DNA from: Octopus vulgaris
Taxonomy: Eukaryota
DNA length: 64,000 nt
Direction of reading: 5' to 3'
Assembly: GCA_951406725.2 (NCBI GenBank)
Contig: OX597817.1
Location: 3,410,001-3,474,000, forward strand
Part shown: one piece after another, positions 40,032-51,950 of the stretch
How the letters are laid out: each line of letters opens with the position of its first letter
Numbering within the stretch: position 1 is the stretch's first letter
Notes under the pieces: model-generated
Told to the model about the DNA's origin: nothing
Seen by the model: only the letters and a program-made list of their open reading frames with translations
Databases searched by the model: none
Program-made: the position numbers and the translations under genes

Positions 40032-41022
40032 CCAGACACACATACATAATTTGTATAAAATGTGAGAGCTGGCTTGTGTACAGAAGAGAAAGATACGAGT
40101 ATATTAAAACGGTCAAATCGAAATTGATTGTTAGAATATTAGCAAATCAGTTAGTCACTACTAACAGAAAAAAATTTAAATAATTAAAAGATATTAATAA
40201 ATTTTACTTTCAGAAATGCATTAATTTATTGAAAATAGTCATGTCTTTATGGTTCGTAGACGTGGCTGTGTGGTTAAAAAGTTCATATTGCAACCACGTA
40301 GTTCAAAGGAAGCTATGGTCAAACCATGTACGAATAGACAGAGGCGGTGTATAAGCGCATCAATGTGACTTTCTGTTTTTGGATGATTAACATAATCCGC
40401 CGCTTCACGTTTCACAATCACATGGCCCTTTTTGTGCATTTAGCCAAATCCACGGTCTACGGTTAGGGAATAACTTTGTTCCTTTCTATCACCAGGCATG
40501 GACATTAAAAATGGTTTCGGTCACTATGTTTCCACCTATTTATCAATTAACGAAAAATAATGAGACTGTGCGGAAGCCCTTTAGAATATGCTTGCTCCTG
40601 GATGGTAGATTTGTTACGTCGCTCAGTCGAATACTACAACATATGTGATTGATTTTAGTGGGATTAACTCTCTACTAAACCACAAGAATTGCAATATTCA
40701 TGAAGGTTACAATTTATATCAAACACCAAAATGGAAATTAGAAATTGATAGCGATCATTTTCTCATTAGCTTTCTGATTGGAAAAAAAAAATATATGGTA
40801 ATCTGATTCGGAAAAACGAGTCGATAAAAGCCATAAATTAAATTATGTCCATGTATTTTGAGGAGCGGTAAGTTTGACATTTCACACAAAGCTCTTCCTT
40901 AAAAAATGGAACTGGGTTGAAACGTTAGAAATGACATTTCAGCCCGGCACGCGAACATATCTTGTTTTGCGAATCTTTAGAATTGAGGTGTATATGTAGC
41001 TCAATTACACACACACACACAC

Positions 41023-41066
<44 letters not shown>

Positions 41067-41079
41067 TGTAATATATATT

Positions 41080-41160
41080 CACTAATCCTTCGACTATCAC
41101 GGGCGTTACCTTCCAAAATCACCCGCGATAGATGAAAATCCGCGAAGTAAAAATAGTACT
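41080..41160 (+). mobile_element. Tigger/pogo-like terminal fragment
   Basis: cactaatccttcgactatcacggg...cccgcgata...ccgcgaagt resembles CAGTA..CCTCG..TATC.CG termini; no partner TIR seen. Confidence 0.45.
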
Positions 41161-41763
41161 GTGTTGTGTATTTTTAAAAAATTATTTTTATAGTGGACGT
41201 TCGGTTTGACGCAATGGGAGTTACGTTGTAAGAAGAGAAATAGATTCATCTACATAATTCTCTGTTCACAATTTTAAGTTTTTAAAATAATTTGGGGCAA
41301 GGTGAGAATCTTACTCATGCACTTGCACACGTACGTCCCCACCCACCAAACTTTTAGGATATACCCAGATTAGTTCAATTTTACTGAATCTGCTAAATAT
41401 TTTGGGTTTTGCATGAATGTCTATTTTTTGATAACATCCAAGCTAATCGCTCCCTCAGTTCAGCTGAGCTGATTACCAGTTGCTAAAATAACTTTCAAAA
41501 ACATGGTTCAAATAAATGGCTCTCTACCACACTATTGTATAAATATTTACCATATTTATTATTTTCATTAATTTAAAGATGGGGGTGGTAGAATCAGTAG
41601 AATACTGTGTAGTGTATAGCTATTTTACTTTATATTCAAAATTCAAATCTCGTCTATAAATCTTCATTGTACCTTTAAGTGAAGCAACAATCCGTTTGGC
41701 TGTTCTTTGCGGCGTAGGAAAATTTTAAGTACTTTGAGGTAACTTCTGTGCTTCTATTATTAA

Positions 41764-42021
41764 GGCAGTGACCTAGCAGAATCGTTAGCACGCCGGACAA
41801 AATGCTTAGCGACATTTAGGCCTTCTGGGCTCTAATGCTGTCGGGGTCGACTTTGCTTTTCATCCTTTCGAGGCTTCTTTCAGTTTCCATATACCATATC
41901 CACTCACAAGGCTTTGTTCGGCTCGAGGCTAAAGTAGAAGGCACTTTCCCAAGGTGCCTCGTGGTGGGACTGAATTCGCAATCATTTGGAAAGCAAACTT
42001 ATTACTACACAGCTACACCTG

Positions 42022-42022
<1 letters not shown>
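41764..42022. mobile_element. Family A SINE head (+) abutting a family C SINE fragment (-)
   Basis: ggcagtgacctagcagaatcgttagc...gtcgactttgcttttcatcc, then cactcacaaggctttg...gtgggactgaa. Confidence 0.7.
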
Positions 42023-42056
<34 letters not shown>

Positions 42057-42454
42057 GAGCAAAACGCCCCCCCTGTCCAATGGACAGTGCTGAGTTGTCA
42101 AACATTTAAACCAAATTTTCTCAAAACAACTTGTCCGACCGTCCCATAAGCCTCCCCTTTGAGAAACACTGATTTAACCTAAATTTGAGACACCAGCAAA
42201 AGAAGAAATAAAGATAGGCTTTTTTTATATTCCAAAGAAAAACGATTTTTATTCACGCAAATATGCAACTGAAGAGTTTAAAGTACCAGTAAGTACATCG
42301 CATCAGCTGATGTACTTGCGCGTACAAATGCACGTTCCTACGGCTTTATCGATCGCATCTCAACTGGAATCGATTTTTGCAATTTTTTCAAGACTTATAC
42401 ACGCCCTGATACCATCCGTATCTACATATCAAATTTGACATAATGGATTTTATA

Positions 42455-42705
42455 TGACACATACATACATACATACATACATACATACATACATACATAC
42501 ATGCATACATACATACATACATACATACATACATACATACATACATACATACATACATACATACATACATGCATACATACATACATACATACATACATAC
42601 ATACATACATACATACATACATACATACATGCATACATACATACAAACATACATACATACATGCATACATACATACATACATACATACATACATGCATAC
42701 ATACA

Positions 42706-42739
<34 letters not shown>

Positions 42740-42752
42740 CATATATACATAC
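42455..42752. repeat. (CATA)n microsatellite
   Basis: Direct reading. Confidence 0.95.
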
Positions 42753-43770
42753 AAATGTGCGTGTCTCTGTGATTGCGTTTCCTTTCTATTGCTTGACAAC
42801 CGGTGTTGTTTTGCTTACGTTTTCGCAAAAGCAACCGACGGAATATGTACTTGACTTAAAAATAAGAACCGGGGTCGAATGAATTGCCTATATACCCTTT
42901 CTCCGCAGCTAATACTTTGGCAACTAAATAAGAAATCATTAATTTAAAATAGTTTGCTTAAAAAAAATAATCGATAATGCAGTCTTCTTAACTCAGATGT
43001 TATAAGGTCAGTTTTGATTATTCTGTCCTCTTAACTCAATTTGCTAAAGTCATTTATCATTTTCTAGTCTTGTAACCGAACAAATACTTTACTGTCTATG
43101 TATCCATCTCTAATTTAACTGAAACGAAACTCGTCCTTCTCTTTTTATCTCATTACTTAATTTGAGGCTAACACCTATTTGATCTCATTTACTTTAGTGA
43201 CAGTTATTGTTCCGTTGCTCCATTCAATTCTTAATTGCAGGTTTTATTATAACATCGGCATTTATTGTATCAACTAGCGTTTATTGTAGTTTCAATGCAA
43301 GTGAAACTTGCATAAGTTTCTCTAAGAAGGCGATAACTAATACTTTATTCTTCCCCTTTTATTATTAACTGACACCAATATGCTCCCAATTTGCTCCCGG
43401 TCACTGCATTTGGTGAATTCGTTAGTACATTAGTTTGACAACCGAAAGGTCGTCATTTCATTTTCCGCCTCCAGTCATGTGCTGAATTGCAAGCAAAGAT
43501 TTTTAGCTCTCGGTGGCTGAATCTGCTTAGCGTGTAATATGTTCTCGGTGACTCAGATCGATCAGATCTATGTTCAAAGGTGTTACGTCATATTTCCAGG
43601 CACAACGCATTCGGGATTATATTATTCAATATGCACTTTCTTCTAAGTAGTGTGTGATTTAAAGGAGATATATATCAAAAGGAGATATATTTAAGTGTAA
43701 TTTCTAGCAGGTCGGGTAAACAAGAAAAAGCTCACCTGATAGCTTTTGTGTTAATATATTGTTGTTGTAA

Positions 43771-44714
43771 GGCGGTGAGCTGGCAGAATCGTTAGCGCGT
43801 CGGGCGAAATGCGTAGCCGTATTTCGTCTGCCGCTACGTTCTGAGTTCAAATTCCGCCGAGGTCGACTTTGCCTTTCATCCTTTCGGGGTCGATTAAATA
43901 AGTACCAATTACGCACTGAGGTCGATATAATCGACTTAATCCGTCTGTCTGTCCTTGTTTGTCCTCCTCTGTGTTTAGCCCTTGTGGGTACTAAAGAAAT
44001 AGGTATTTCGTCTGTCTTTTTGTTCTGAGTTCAAATTCCACCGAGGTCGACTTTGCCTTTCATCCTTTCGGGGTCGATTAAATAAGTACCAGCTACGCAC
44101 TGGGGTCGATATAATCGACTTTATCCGTCTGTCTGTCCTTGTTTGTCCTCTCTGTGTTTAGCCCCTTGTGGGTACTAAAGAAATAGGTATTTCGTCTGTC
44201 TTTTTATTCTGAGTTCAAATTCCACCGAGGTCGACTTTGCCTTTCATCCTTTCGGGGTCGATTAAATAAGTACCAGCTACGCACTGGGGGGTCGATATAA
44301 TCGACTTAATCCGTCTGTCTGTCCTTGTTTGTCCTCTCTGTGTTTAGCCCCTTGTGGGTACTAAAGAAATAGGTATTTCGTCTGTCTTTATGTTCTGAGT
44401 TCAAATTCCACCGAGGTCGACTTTGCCTTTCATCCTTTCGGGGTCGATTAAATAAGTACCAGTTACGCACTGGGGTCGATATAATCGACTTAATCCGTCT
44501 GTCTGTCCTTGTTTGTCCTCTCTGTGTTTAGCCCCTTGTGGGTACTAAAGAAATAGGTATTTCGTCTGTCTTTATGTTCTGAGTTCAAATTACGCCGAGG
44601 TCGACTTTCCTCCTTTCGTGGTCGATAAATTAAGTACCAGTTACGTACTGGGGTCAATCTAATCGACTGGCCCCCTCCCCATAAATTTCGGGCCTTGTGC
44701 CTAGAGTAGAAAAG
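43771..44714 (+). mobile_element. Pentameric SINE family A concatemer (~184-186-bp period) with one 16-bp TSD
   Basis: One head, four body+tail-A units, one terminal body+tail-B unit; TSD aatatattgttgttgt at 43753-43768 and 44715-44730. Confidence 0.92.
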
Positions 44715-45256
44715 AATATATTGTTGTTGTTTAGTCCCAGGTCATCTCTAACCGAGTAAACACTGACTAAAGACGATTTAGCCTGGACTGTTTCCTAGTT
44801 TCTTAGTCATTGTACATTTAGGCCTACAATTACGCACCCAATATATCCATTGCTTAAATCAAGCGTCGCGTGTGAGTTGAGTACATATTAGCTGCTATTT
44901 CTGATAAGGCGAGTGACTTCGTATGGAATTCTTTTTGATTTCTGGGGATTAAAACGTAGTTGAGTCCGAACCATATAAGTCCGAACCTACTGTACACGCT
45001 CATTTTATTTCTAATCAGATAAAATTTTTGAGTTCTCATCCTTGCATCTTCTGATGATAAATGTCACTAGATCAATTCATTATTATTTCTATAATATATT
45101 TCTAATACAAGCACAAGGTCTAAAATTTGAAAGTAGTTGTTCGTTGATTAAATTGACTTCGGTACTTTATTTTATCGGCCCGAAACGATGAAAGGCAATG
45201 TCGGCCTAGTATGATTTGAACTCGAAACACCGCAAGATATTTTTTCCAAACGCACT

Positions 45257-45665
45257 CTCTCTTTTACTCTTTTACTTGTTTCAGTCATTTGACTGCGGCC
45301 ATGCTGGAGCACCGCCTTTTAATCGAGCAACTCGACACCGGGACGTATTCTTTGTAAGCCTAGTACTTATTCTATCGGTCTCTTTTGCCGAACCGCTAAG
45401 TGACGGGGACATAAGCACACCAGCATCGGTTGTCAAGCAATGCTAGGGGGACAAACACAGACATACAAACATACACGCACACACACATATATATATACAT
45501 ATATACGACGGGCTTCTTTCAGTTTCCGTCTACCAAATCCACTCACAAGGCTTTGGTCGGCCCGAGGCTATAGTAGAAGACACTTGCCCAAGGTGCCACG
45601 CAGTGGGACTGAACCCGGAATCATGTGGTTGGTAAGCAAGCTACTTACCACACAGCCACTCCTGC
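45257..45665 (-). mobile_element. Full-length CORE-type SINE family C
   Basis: Reverse complement of the 36736-37078 type; flanked by cgcact on both sides. Confidence 0.88.
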
Positions 45666-47108
45666 GCACTAACGATTTTTAATGTAATTTCAACTGATTA
45701 ACAATTACTTTTCGATTCAATGCATTAGGTAAGTTAGCCCTGTACTTAACGATATGATCTTAATGCATGAAACATTTTCTAATGTCATCAGTTAATTCGT
45801 TGTACACTACAAACATTTTTTGAACTGCTTGGAATATATGGAACCTACTTTAAAAAAATGCAGTTTTAATTTCGCTGAGAGAAGTAAACAAAATAATTAA
45901 ACAATAGGTTTTTATCTTCCCATGTGCAAAAAATGTGATCGATTTGACTACTTTTTAGAATTCTTAGACTTTTATCAGAAAAAGAATCCCTACCCTTCCT
46001 TGTGTAGAAAGTAGCTGCTTATAGTAATTTTCTGTGTATGCAAACGGGAATCGTATTTTACATTTCAAATTATTCGAAGTAGTTGTATAATGCATCATGA
46101 ATAAATGAATTAATCCACGTTATCAATACACATGCTTTTATGCAAATTGGACTGACTAGTTTAGCTGAGTTTGCATACGCTATAAACGGCTATAATCTAT
46201 TAATATCTTTCTTAGTAGACAGAAGATAGGTATTCGTTCAGTCATGAATGCATAAAATAATATGAACCAAGTCAGTTCCAACTTACGTTTTCTGCCCACG
46301 GTGAGAACAAACCTTAGGTGGAGCCACCTTGTTTGCAATTGTATGGCTATTAAAAAAATGTATGCCTTAGATTTTGAAATGTCATTAGTTGTTTCTTAAC
46401 TTACACTATTAAACTTCAGATAATACTACTATGAACCAAATCTGTGTCCTGCATTTCCTATTCAGTAGCTGCTGTCTATCAACCACCCGACAGTTTAAAA
46501 TCTAGGATAGGCTTTATCATACACTGTGCACTGTATTTATTGCCGACTACTATATTTATATTGCTTGTCTCTAATAAGAAAGAAAAGGACACAGACGAGA
46601 ATTCTCTGCTATTAGATTTTGCTCAAATTACTTTCAATCAACAGTGCCTATTTAATCCTTTTGCTAAGCTTTGTTGATTAAGCTAATAAAGACAAAATAA
46701 AATAAAACAAATAGCAATACTTATATCCTGCTTTTCTTTTTATAGAATACACATTACTAATTATTTAGCTGAACACTAATGAATAAGCAAAATAATACCA
46801 GACAGAGATGTATTTCGTTACCGAACATATACCAGTGGTGCACAAACTGACGAACACCAGTCTCACCCCAAGTATTAGGGGAAAGTTTTTGACTCCTCAC
46901 TCTCATTATTAGTGAGGGGACAACGTAGTTTGCACCCATATAACTCACCTTTTATCGCTATGATGTTGGGCAAATTAAAAAAAGTTTAAAATCATCTATA
47001 CTTTATTAAACATGGCAATTTGTTTTTCCCCCAACCTTTTTTCAATCCGCATAAACTGTTCCTATACTGACCTACACTGACATTTAATCATAATTTATAC
47101 GTACTCAT

Positions 47109-47145
<37 letters not shown>

Positions 47146-47814
47146 AGGTGATACACATACACACAAACAGACACACGCGCACGCATACACACACACACAC
47201 ACACACAATCTTAAGTATTTTGATACTGTTTCGCTCAAAGATTAAAATTGTTGTGTTGGAAGGTTATCTTTCTTTGCATGAAAACATTTAGTGACACAAC
47301 CAACCAACCAACCACACAATGATGCAAACATAGATGTGCAGTCTTAGGTGAAAAAATTGTAGGTCTTGAAGTATAAAATTTCTCTTTTTCATTGATGTTG
47401 AATGGAACATTCACATCTTCTGATCTGGAGATCTCTACACCAAGATATGATTTTTGTTTCCTCTTCTAAGAAACTATGCCAAGCTTATTGCATTTGCATT
47501 TGGTGAAAGTTTTGACGGAAATTTTCTATTAATATTTCATGTATGGAAAAGTGTGAATATAATTCAACGTCAGAAATGTTTATTATATTCATCCTAAGAC
47601 AGGCTTTCTGACGAATGGCATTTATAATGTGTTAGCAGCAACACCGTGTCGCATTGGAAGGTAATATATTTTGATGACATTTTCGAGAAATTTGCAATCA
47701 CATTTGTAATGTCTTCAACCGAAATATGACATAATCGACATTTCCAGTCGTATCTTGGGAGTTTAAAGGCTCCACTCTCTATTTTATTCAGCGGTTATGT
47801 ATGTATGTATGTGT

Positions 47815-48066
47815 GGAGGCGCAATGGCTCAGTGGTTAGGGCAGCGGTCTCGCGGTCGGAGGATCGTGGTTTCGATTCCCAGACCGGGTGTTGTATGTGT
47901 TTATTGAGCGAAAACACCTAAAGCTCCACGAGGCTCCGGTAGGGGGTGGTGGCGACCCTTGTTGTACTCTTTCGCTCCAACTTTCTCTCGCTTTTTCTTC
48001 CTGTTTCTTGAGTAACGATGCGATGGACTGGGCTCATGAGCCTGGCTAAGCTTGAAAAGGGCGCAT
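47815..48066 (+). mobile_element. SINE family B
   Basis: ggaggcgcaatggctcagtggttagggcagcgg head; tail cttgaaaagggcg. Confidence 0.85.
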
Positions 48067-48086
48067 AAATATGAATATATGTATGT

Positions 48087-48462
48087 ATGATTCTGACATG
48101 CAATGTCTGTGCAAGATCCTGCCTCAGTAAAGCTGGACTCAAGAGTCATCTTCGTAGTCATAAAACGAGACAGATGAGTGACAACCTGGCCACTGGTGGT
48201 GGTGTAACACACCATACTAATCATATCTGTCGGGCATGTGGAAGAGAGTGTAATTCGACAGGAGGACTTAAACGACATGCAAAGATACATGAAGCCCAGT
48301 TACAACTACAGCCGGCTATTACCAGTAAAGGTCTTAGTTGCCAATTTTGTACAAGACATTGTAGATCTTTAGCTGGGCTAAAAAGTCACGTTCGATCACA
48401 GCACCAATAACAGTTAAGCTTCGTACAATGGCCATACTCGATAACGAGGGGGGCAACCATAA
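48087..48462 (+). mobile_element. RTE-type LINE 3' end encoding three C2H2 zinc fingers, with (ATGT)n tail
   Basis: ORF 48087-48410: CNVC..C.S.AGLKSHLRSH, CRAC..C.S.GGLKRHAKIH, CQFC..C.S.AGLKSHVRSQH; short UTR hairpin ctcg ataa cgag; atgt repeats on both sides. Confidence 0.7.
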
Positions 48463-48751
48463 CATGTATGTATGTATGTATGTATGTATGTATGTATGTA
48501 TGTATGTATGTATGTATGTATCAATGTATGTATGTATGTATGTATGTATGTATGTATGTATGTATGTATGTATGTGTGTGTGTATGTATGTATGTATGTA
48601 TGTATGTATGATCAATTCAAGTTGAAACAAACAAGATTTTAGTGTTTTAAACTAAATATTGGGAGAAACAATTAACAAAACAATCATGTGAGATAAAGTA
48701 TTCCTTTTTGTGTGACAACTGTAGAAAACATATACTCTCACAGAGGTTGAT

Positions 48752-48813
<62 letters not shown>

Positions 48814-48840
48814 AATGTAATATGTGACAATTATTCGGTA

Positions 48841-48910
48841 GCCATGATAAAACTCCGAGTTTCGGATGACGAGGTGGAAATCCACGCCGCCATCTCTTCA
48901 GTTATCCGGC
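48841..48910 (-). ncRNA. Type-I hammerhead ribozyme motif with long stem II, next to (TA)n
   Basis: gataa-CTGAAGA-gatggcg gc gtgga tt tccac ct cgtcatc c-GAAA-ctc g gag-TT-ttatc. Confidence 0.7.
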
Positions 48911-49064
48911 CATCGGGAAAATGTTATGAAAAATGACCGTTATATAAAGGGAAATTACTGTGTGGTTGACCGTTATTAAGACAAAAGAGCTATTTGAATG
49001 ACCGCTAAGTGAGGGGAGGGAGTAAAAGTAAGTGGTAAAATGTTTATAGTATTCGCATAAGTGC

Positions 49065-49114
49065 GCATGTTCATACCTACACATGCGCGCCTGCATGTGT
49101 AGGTATGAACATGC
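49065..49114. repeat. Perfect 22-bp-arm inverted repeat with 6-nt loop
   Basis: gcatgttcatacctacacatgc / gcatgtgtaggtatgaacatgc. Confidence 0.85.
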
Positions 49115-49139
49115 CTTAGCATTTTTATCAATATCTCTA

Positions 49140-49182
<43 letters not shown>

Positions 49183-49462
49183 TACGATAGGCTTCTTTCA
49201 GTTTTCACCTGTGGAATTCACTCACAAAGATTTGGTCGACTCGGGGCTATTGTAAAAGACACTCGCCTAAGATGTCACGCACTGAGACTGAACCCAGAAT
49301 CATGTAGTTTAGGAAGCTAACTTCCTACTACACAACCACACAAGTATATATGTATTTTATATATTTGTGCCCACACACACACACATATTAACGTTAGGGG
49401 CAAGTGATGGCTAATTGCATACAATTACTGATGAGAATATTCATATCAGATGTAGAGTCAAA

Positions 49463-50039
49463 TCTATATATATATAAAGCTGAAGCTGTCTGTGTGTGTG
49501 TGTGTGTGTGGCAGGTTTGGTAGCCTTCAACTAACACTATCCCCTCCGAGACCCTGCGGCGCAAGTTGACCAAAATTAAGAGTATGATAGAAGAAGCCTT
49601 GCTCTTCATTCCGTAGAAGAAAAAAATTCAAATCTGACCATGTTAAGACCAAAAATTATTTACATAAAAAAAGTGCTTCTTTTCTATGAAAATCCCTATT
49701 TTTTATGATTTTTTGACTGCTGTGTCGTCATTTTTCGGTGTATTTCAACCAGAAAAATGTTCACATAAAGAGAATAACAAGCTACATAATGCAAAATTTT
49801 TACTTTTCAAAAATTCCAAATCTAAAGGGTCGAAAAGAATTTTTTGTGATGTCATTGATTTTGAGCGAACGACGGATCAGCTGATCCAATGCAGATTCAG
49901 AGCAAACTCGAGCATCGCCACACTATACTTTTATTCATAGATTGAAACTATATCAAAACTTTGTTAACGCGACATCAAAACCTGCCGTTTCAAGCGCAAC
50001 TAAGAAACAAACCCGAGCAACGCCGGGCTATATTGCTAG
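49463..50039 (+). mobile_element. Non-autonomous Helitron
   Basis: A|TCtatata start, subterminal hairpin cccgagcaacgccggg, 3' CTAG|T. Confidence 0.85.
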
Positions 50040-50590
50040 TTTATTATTAAAAAGAGATTGAGTATGGCTTCAAATTTCCAGTGTCCAGGCCTGTTCACTG
50101 TCTAGACAAATTTCAAGACAGATGAAACTTGTAGTCATTGTTAGGTCTCACGGTTTTTGCAAAAGTAAAAAACAAAAATCATTCTATATGACTGCATTGT
50201 GGAACATTCAGTTCATCAGCTGTCAGCGGAAATCTCAAAGTTTTCGGTACTTAACGACACTACCCCTTCTTAAAGTGGTACCAAGTAGCATTGGTAGATG
50301 CCAACAGGGAATGGGCAGGTTCTTTTGGTCCACAATGTAGCCCACTTTTACCCTTCAGTAAACAGGATGCAGCTGTAACCATTCCAGCTAGGCAGTAACT
50401 GTTTCATTTCGCTATTCAGTGAAGATTTGTTCGTTGCACCAGCGCTTGTCTTTCTTTTACAAGCACCTGCGATACCCATGAAGAAATATTTTTTGCTTCT
50501 TTCTGCTACCCCTATTCTTGTATCCATATATGTATATACAAACGTTTTTCTCCCCTGCACCTGTCTGTCTGTCTGTCTCTGTCTCTCTCC

Positions 50591-50650
<60 letters not shown>

Positions 50651-50690
50651 ATGCATGTATATAATATATGTATATGTATTTATATATGTA

Positions 50691-51061
50691 TCTCTCTATA
50701 TACAAACGGCAGTTTGTCTGTGTGTGTTTCTGTGTGTCTGTTAGGTTGTACCCTCATCCTGACCACGGCTTTCAACCGATTCTGATGAAACTTGACACAC
50801 ACATAGCCCAATGTCATAATTCAAAACTAACGCAGCGAAAATTTTGAAAAGTTCCCCCAGTTCTGAAAAAAATCGATAAATTCGACATGGGGTCGAGAAT
50901 CAGAAACACAAATCACAGACTGTCTAGGGGACGCAACTCGACCTTTTTAACTAAAAAAAATTTACCATCATTTCTTTTTCCATTTTTTGGCTATAACTCT
51001 CTAAAAATGCTTTATAGTTATTTCCCTTACAAACCCGAGCAACGCCGGGCGATACTGCTAG
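50691..51061 (+). mobile_element. Non-autonomous Helitron (same 3' end, different body)
   Basis: A|TC start; aaacccgagcaacgccgggc...tgCTAG|T end. Confidence 0.85.
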
Positions 51062-51553
51062 TGTATATATACATATGTATATATATAGATATGTATGCAT
51101 ATCACTTAATCAGTCAATCAATCAATCAATTAATCTGTGTGTGTGTATATGTGTGTGTACGTGTGCGTGTGCGTATGAGCATATACAAATACGTAATTGT
51201 GTATGTGTAGATATGTGTTTATGTGTGTTTACTTGTATGTTAATACAAACATACATACATACATACATACGCGCGCTCGCACACACACTCACACATGCAC
51301 ATACATGCGAGTATCCTGCGAGGAACAGGCTAAGCCACTTAGAATAAACGACTAAGCGCTAAATCTGGGTGACAATATATTTCATGAAGAACAATGAATC
51401 CGTTTCTGAAGGTTTTAATATTTTAGCTAAAACTCCTGGATAGAAAGATTAGAATTTCTAAACAATCATTTTGATTAGTTGAAGGAGGTCTTTCTAAAAC
51501 GCGATTGACATTTTGTTGGAAAGTGGGCTTTTCTATATCTTGAATCGCAAGCG

Positions 51554-51950
51554 TTTTCTACTCTAGGCACAAGGCCCGAAATTTGTGGGGAGGGTGCCAG
51601 TCGATTAGATTGACCCCAGTACGTAACTGGTACTTAATTTATCGACCACGAAAGGAAGAAAGGCAATGCCAACCTCGGCGGAATTTGAACTCAGAACGTA
51701 GCGGCAGACGAAATACCTATTTTTTTACTACCCACAAGGGGCTAAACACAGAGAGGACAAACAGAGACAGGCAAACGGATTAAATCGATTACATCGACCC
51801 CCAGTGCGTAGCTGGTACTTATTTAATCGACCACGAAAGGATGAAAGGCAAAGACAACCTCGGCGGAATTTGAACTCAGAACGTAACGGCAGACGAAGTA
51901 CCGCTAAGCATTTCGCCCGGCGTGCTAACGTTTCTGCCAGCTGGTCGCCT
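51554..51950 (-). mobile_element. Dimeric SINE family A (tail A unit plus tail B unit)
   Basis: Same aaataggtatttcgtctg junction as the 43.8-kb array. Confidence 0.88.

Noticed and set aside
43840-44640. Regularly spaced repeats resembling a CRISPR array
   Set aside because: Units are wholly repeated SINE bodies with no unique spacers, the context is eukaryotic and there are no cas genes
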